Source: Eledone cirrhosa
Lineage: Eukaryota
Direction of reading: 5' to 3'
Assembly: GCA_964016885.1 (NCBI GenBank)
Contig: OZ024742.1
Coordinates: 106,516,001-106,580,000 of the forward strand
DNA: 64,000 bases
Below the pieces are notes generated by a model that was given only the letters and a program-made list of their open reading frames with translations, was not told where the DNA came from and ran no database searches. Shown here piece by piece: positions 60,536 through 64,000 of this stretch. Position numbers and translations under genes: made by a program. The first letter of the stretch is position 1. Each line of letters starts with the position of its first letter.

Positions 60536-60642
60536 CCCGTAAGGATGAAAGGAAAAATTAATATCGGCGGGATTTGAACTCAGAACGTAAAGGGCTGTAA
60601 CTCTATGTCGCAAAACAATATCCGACGCTCTACTGATACTGG
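60535..60642 (-). mobile_element. SINE fragment
   Basis: GGCGGGATTTGAACTCAGAACG. Confidence 0.7.
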
Positions 60643-62150
60643 ACGGTTGCGTGCAGCACAGGCTGACAGCACTTCCATGTCTGTAAAGTTTGTCTCGAAC
60701 TGGCAAAGCTCCTCGGTAGCACTGCCAGGCCAGGGATTTCTGGAAATTATCCATTGGCCCTGGACAGAAAGTCCTCTCGAAAAGAGTAGTTAGTTGATTT
60801 TTATCGATGTCTAGAGTTTCCCCAAGAACGTCGTCGCTTTCATCCACCACTAACCTTCTATAGAACGTCGAGGGGGAGTTTCCACCGATCATATTGCCCG
60901 ATTGGCGAAGAGCTGTAAGTGCCTGAAGACATTCCAGCTTCCAAGCGCTCCCTCTCGGTCTTCCTTTGACCCAGAACTGCAGCCCCGTTAAGGATACGAG
61001 CTGGGAGAACATGTATCTAGTTCACGTTAAGGAAAAGATGAGAATGTCGTAGCCTCAGCGCATGTCTGCACATCATCAGCTACTACATTCCCAGTCCTCT
61101 AAGCAGCGGGTGTTGACAGCAGATGGATCGCCTGACAATTGGAACGCGTCCCTTCCACAAGAAGCGGAAGAGCAAACACTTCAGTGCAGTCAGACGAGGT
61201 TGGGGACAAGGCATGATGGTTAGACGGTAGTAGATGACGGACGTGATGTATGCATTCACCACCTCTACCCTACCTTTCAGTGACAGCTTTCTCTCGGCCT
61301 ATTCCTGGTTGAGTTTGGCCACTCTGTCCGTCACCTTGTCCCAGTTTCTGTCCATATGGCGGTCGGGACCGAACCAGACCCCGAGAAATTTAACTCGGCC
61401 GCAGTTGGACGACATGGACCTACACCGCCAAGTGCCGAGTTGCAGGCCCACGGACTTTTCCTTGTTGATTTTCACTCCTGTCAACGCTTCGTATCCTTCA
61501 GAGCAGTGCCGATCACTTCAATGTTTGACACTACGAGTGTGACTCCGTCGGCATAAGCTGACACAGATCTTCCATGTCCTAGTTCACACGTCTCTAATTT
61601 GTGTAGTAGTGGATCGAGAGTCAATACATACAACAAGGATGAGGGGGGGGGGGACAGTCTTGGCGGATCGAACGCATGATGTCGAACGGTTCCGAGAGGT
61701 GACCGTTCACTCTGACCACAGAACAGATGTCACTGTGCATAGCAGCGATCAATCCTCTGAAAACGGGACCAATATCCGCGGTTTTGAGGACCACTGCCAG
61801 GGACCGATGGTCGACCCTATCGAATACTTTGAATTGATCCAAGTTAATCAGTGCCCCACCCGTGCCAGTTTCTTCAGCCATCATCGTTATGATGTATCGC
61901 ATGAGATGAAGGCTGTCGTGGATGGATCTCTTGGAAATAGCACATGTCTGAGCCTCTCCTACCAGACCAACGACAAGCGCCAACCGCGTTGCTAACACGT
62001 TTGCCAAAATTTTGGACTCTGCATTTAGCAGAGTTATGGGCCTAAAATGATTTATACTGCCCCCCCCCCCCCCCCCCCCACCCTGTTCTGATCTTTACTC
62101 AGCAGTGCCACAACTCCACGGCTCACAGAACTGGAAATACTCCCGTGAAA
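60643..62150 (-). pseudogene. L1/Tx1-like LINE RT + C-terminal region, frameshifted
   Basis: ANVLATRL; GGALINLDQFKVFDRVDH; FLGVWFG; SLAWQCYRGALPVRDKL; same family as 19305-19915. Confidence 0.85.
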
Positions 62151-62169
62151 GAGACGATAATGTCAATAA

Positions 62170-62352
62170 AGATGATGACGATAATGATGATGATGATGAT
62201 ACATCATCATTATCATCATTATCATCATCATCATCATCATCATTATTGTCGTCATTATTGTCATCGGCGTCAGCATCATTGTTATCATCATCATATTCAT
62301 CCTCATCATCATTTTCGTCGCCACCATCATCAGCATCATCATCGTCATCAAC
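62170..62352. repeat. (GAT)n followed by (CAT)n
   Basis: Direct reading. Confidence 0.9.
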
Positions 62353-62515
62353 ATATTCACAATAATAAAGATGGAAATCATGTCTGAGAGAGAGGAAGAA
62401 AAAGAGAGAAGAGAGTGTGGGGGGGAGGGAGAGAAAGGAGCCACGTGACCAAAATTCTATGAAAGAGGCACAAATATCTGGGATTCGTATTACACTAAAT
62501 TGTTCGAAAGATAAT

Positions 62516-62601
62516 GGTGGTGGTGGTGGTGGTGGTGGTGGTGGTGGTGGTGGTGGTGGTGGTGGTGGTGGTGGTGGTGGTGGTGGTGGTGGTGGTGGTG
62601 G

Positions 62602-62632
<31 letters not shown>

Positions 62633-63051
62633 GGTGGTGGTGGTGGTGGTGGTGGTGGTGGTGGTGGTGGTGGTGGTGGTGGTGGTGGTGGTGGTGGTGG
62701 TGGTAGTGGTGGTGGTGGTGGTGGTGGTGGTGGTGGTGGTGGTGGTGGTGGTGGTGGTGGTGGTGGTGGTGGTGGTGGTGGTGGTGGTGGTGGTGGTGGT
62801 GGTGGTGGTGGTGGTGGTGGTGGTGGTGGTGGTGGTGGTGGTGGTGGTGGTGGTGGTGGTGGTGGTGGTGGTGGTGGTGGTGGTGGTGGTGGTGGTGGTG
62901 GTGGTGGTGGTGGTGGTGGTGGTGGTGGTGGTGGTGGTGGTGGTGGTGGTGGTGGTGGTGGTGGTGGTGGTGGTGGTGGTGGTGGTGGTGGTGGTGGTGG
63001 TGGTGGTGGTGGTGGTGGTAGTGGTGGTGGTGGTGGTGGTGGTGGTGGTGG

Positions 63052-63082
<31 letters not shown>

Positions 63083-63123
63083 GGTGGTGGTGGTGGTGGT
63101 GGTGGTGGTGGTGGTGGTGGTGG

Positions 63124-63154
<31 letters not shown>

Positions 63155-63796
63155 GGTGGTGGTGGTGGTGGTGGTGGTGGTGGTGGTGGTGGTAGTGGTA
63201 GTGGTGGTGGTGGTGGTGGTGGTGGTTGTGGTGGTGGTGGTGTTGGTGGTGCTGGTGGTGGTGGTGGTGGTGGTGGTGGTGGTGGTGGTGGTGGTGGTAG
63301 TGGTAGTGGTGGTGGTGGTGGTGGTGGTGGTGGTGGTGGTGGTGGTGGTGGTGTAGTGGTGGTGGTGGTGGTGGTGGTGGTGGTGGTGGTGGTGGTGGTG
63401 GTGGTGGTGGTGGTGGTGGTGGTGGTGGTAGGTGGTGGTGGTGGTGGTGGTGGTGGTGGTGGTGGTGGTGGTGGTGGTGGTGGTGGTGGTGGTGGTGGTG
63501 GTGGTGGTGGTGGTGGTGGTGGTGGTGGTAGTGGTGGTGGTGGTGGTGGTGGTGGTGGTGGTGGTGGTGGTGGTGGTGGTGGTGGTGGTGGTGGTGGTGG
63601 TGGTGGCTGGTGGTGGTGGTGGTGGTGGTGGTGATGGTGGTGGTGGTGGTGGTGGTGGTGGTGGTGGTGGTGGTGGTGGTGGTGGTGGTGGTGGTGGTGG
63701 TGGTGGTGGTGGTGGTGGTGGTGGTGGTGGTGGTGGTGGTGGTGTTGGTGGTGCTGGTGGTGGTGGTGGTGGTGGTGGTGGTGGTGGTGGTGGTGG

Positions 63797-63827
<31 letters not shown>

Positions 63828-63856
63828 GGTGGTGGTGGTGGTGGTGGTGATGGTGG

Positions 63857-63887
<31 letters not shown>

Positions 63888-64000
63888 GGTGGTGGTGGTG
63901 GTGATGGTGGTGGTGGTGGTGGTGTTGGTGGTGCTGGTGGTGGTGGTGGTGGTGGTGGTGGTGGTGGTGGTGGTGGTAGTGGTAGTGGTGGTGGTGGTGG
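62516..64000. repeat. (GGT)n array of about 1.5 kb, running off the window end
   Basis: Direct reading. Confidence 0.98.

Noticed and set aside
62417-63634. 405-aa glycine-rich ORF
   Set aside because: Translation of (GGT)n; no evidence of coding

Overview
This is eukaryotic, very AT-rich, microsatellite-dense intergenic or intronic DNA. The SINE families and composition suggest an octopus/cephalopod genome (inference). I cannot support any intact host protein-coding gene; most long ORFs are simple-repeat artefacts. The window is dominated by retroelements: several Penelope-like elements (PLEs, RT + GIY-YIG; one near full length at 22.5-27.2 kb), degenerate LINEs (CR1-group, Tx1-like, RTE, R4-like), many tRNA-derived SINEs and a probable solo LTR. 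The most striking feature, read by eye, is about 28 hammerhead-ribozyme (HHR) motifs from many unrelated families, mostly in elements embedded in (TA)n. They include (i) non-coding, terminally redundant 520-700 bp units with one HHR per unit (retrozyme/circRNA-like), (ii) four unrelated families with the compensatory U3-A8 core TTGANAA instead of CTGANGA, and (iii) fold-back insertions whose symmetry axis lies in HHR stem II. Coordinates were counted by hand and may be off by a few nt; no activity or expression can be shown from sequence alone.
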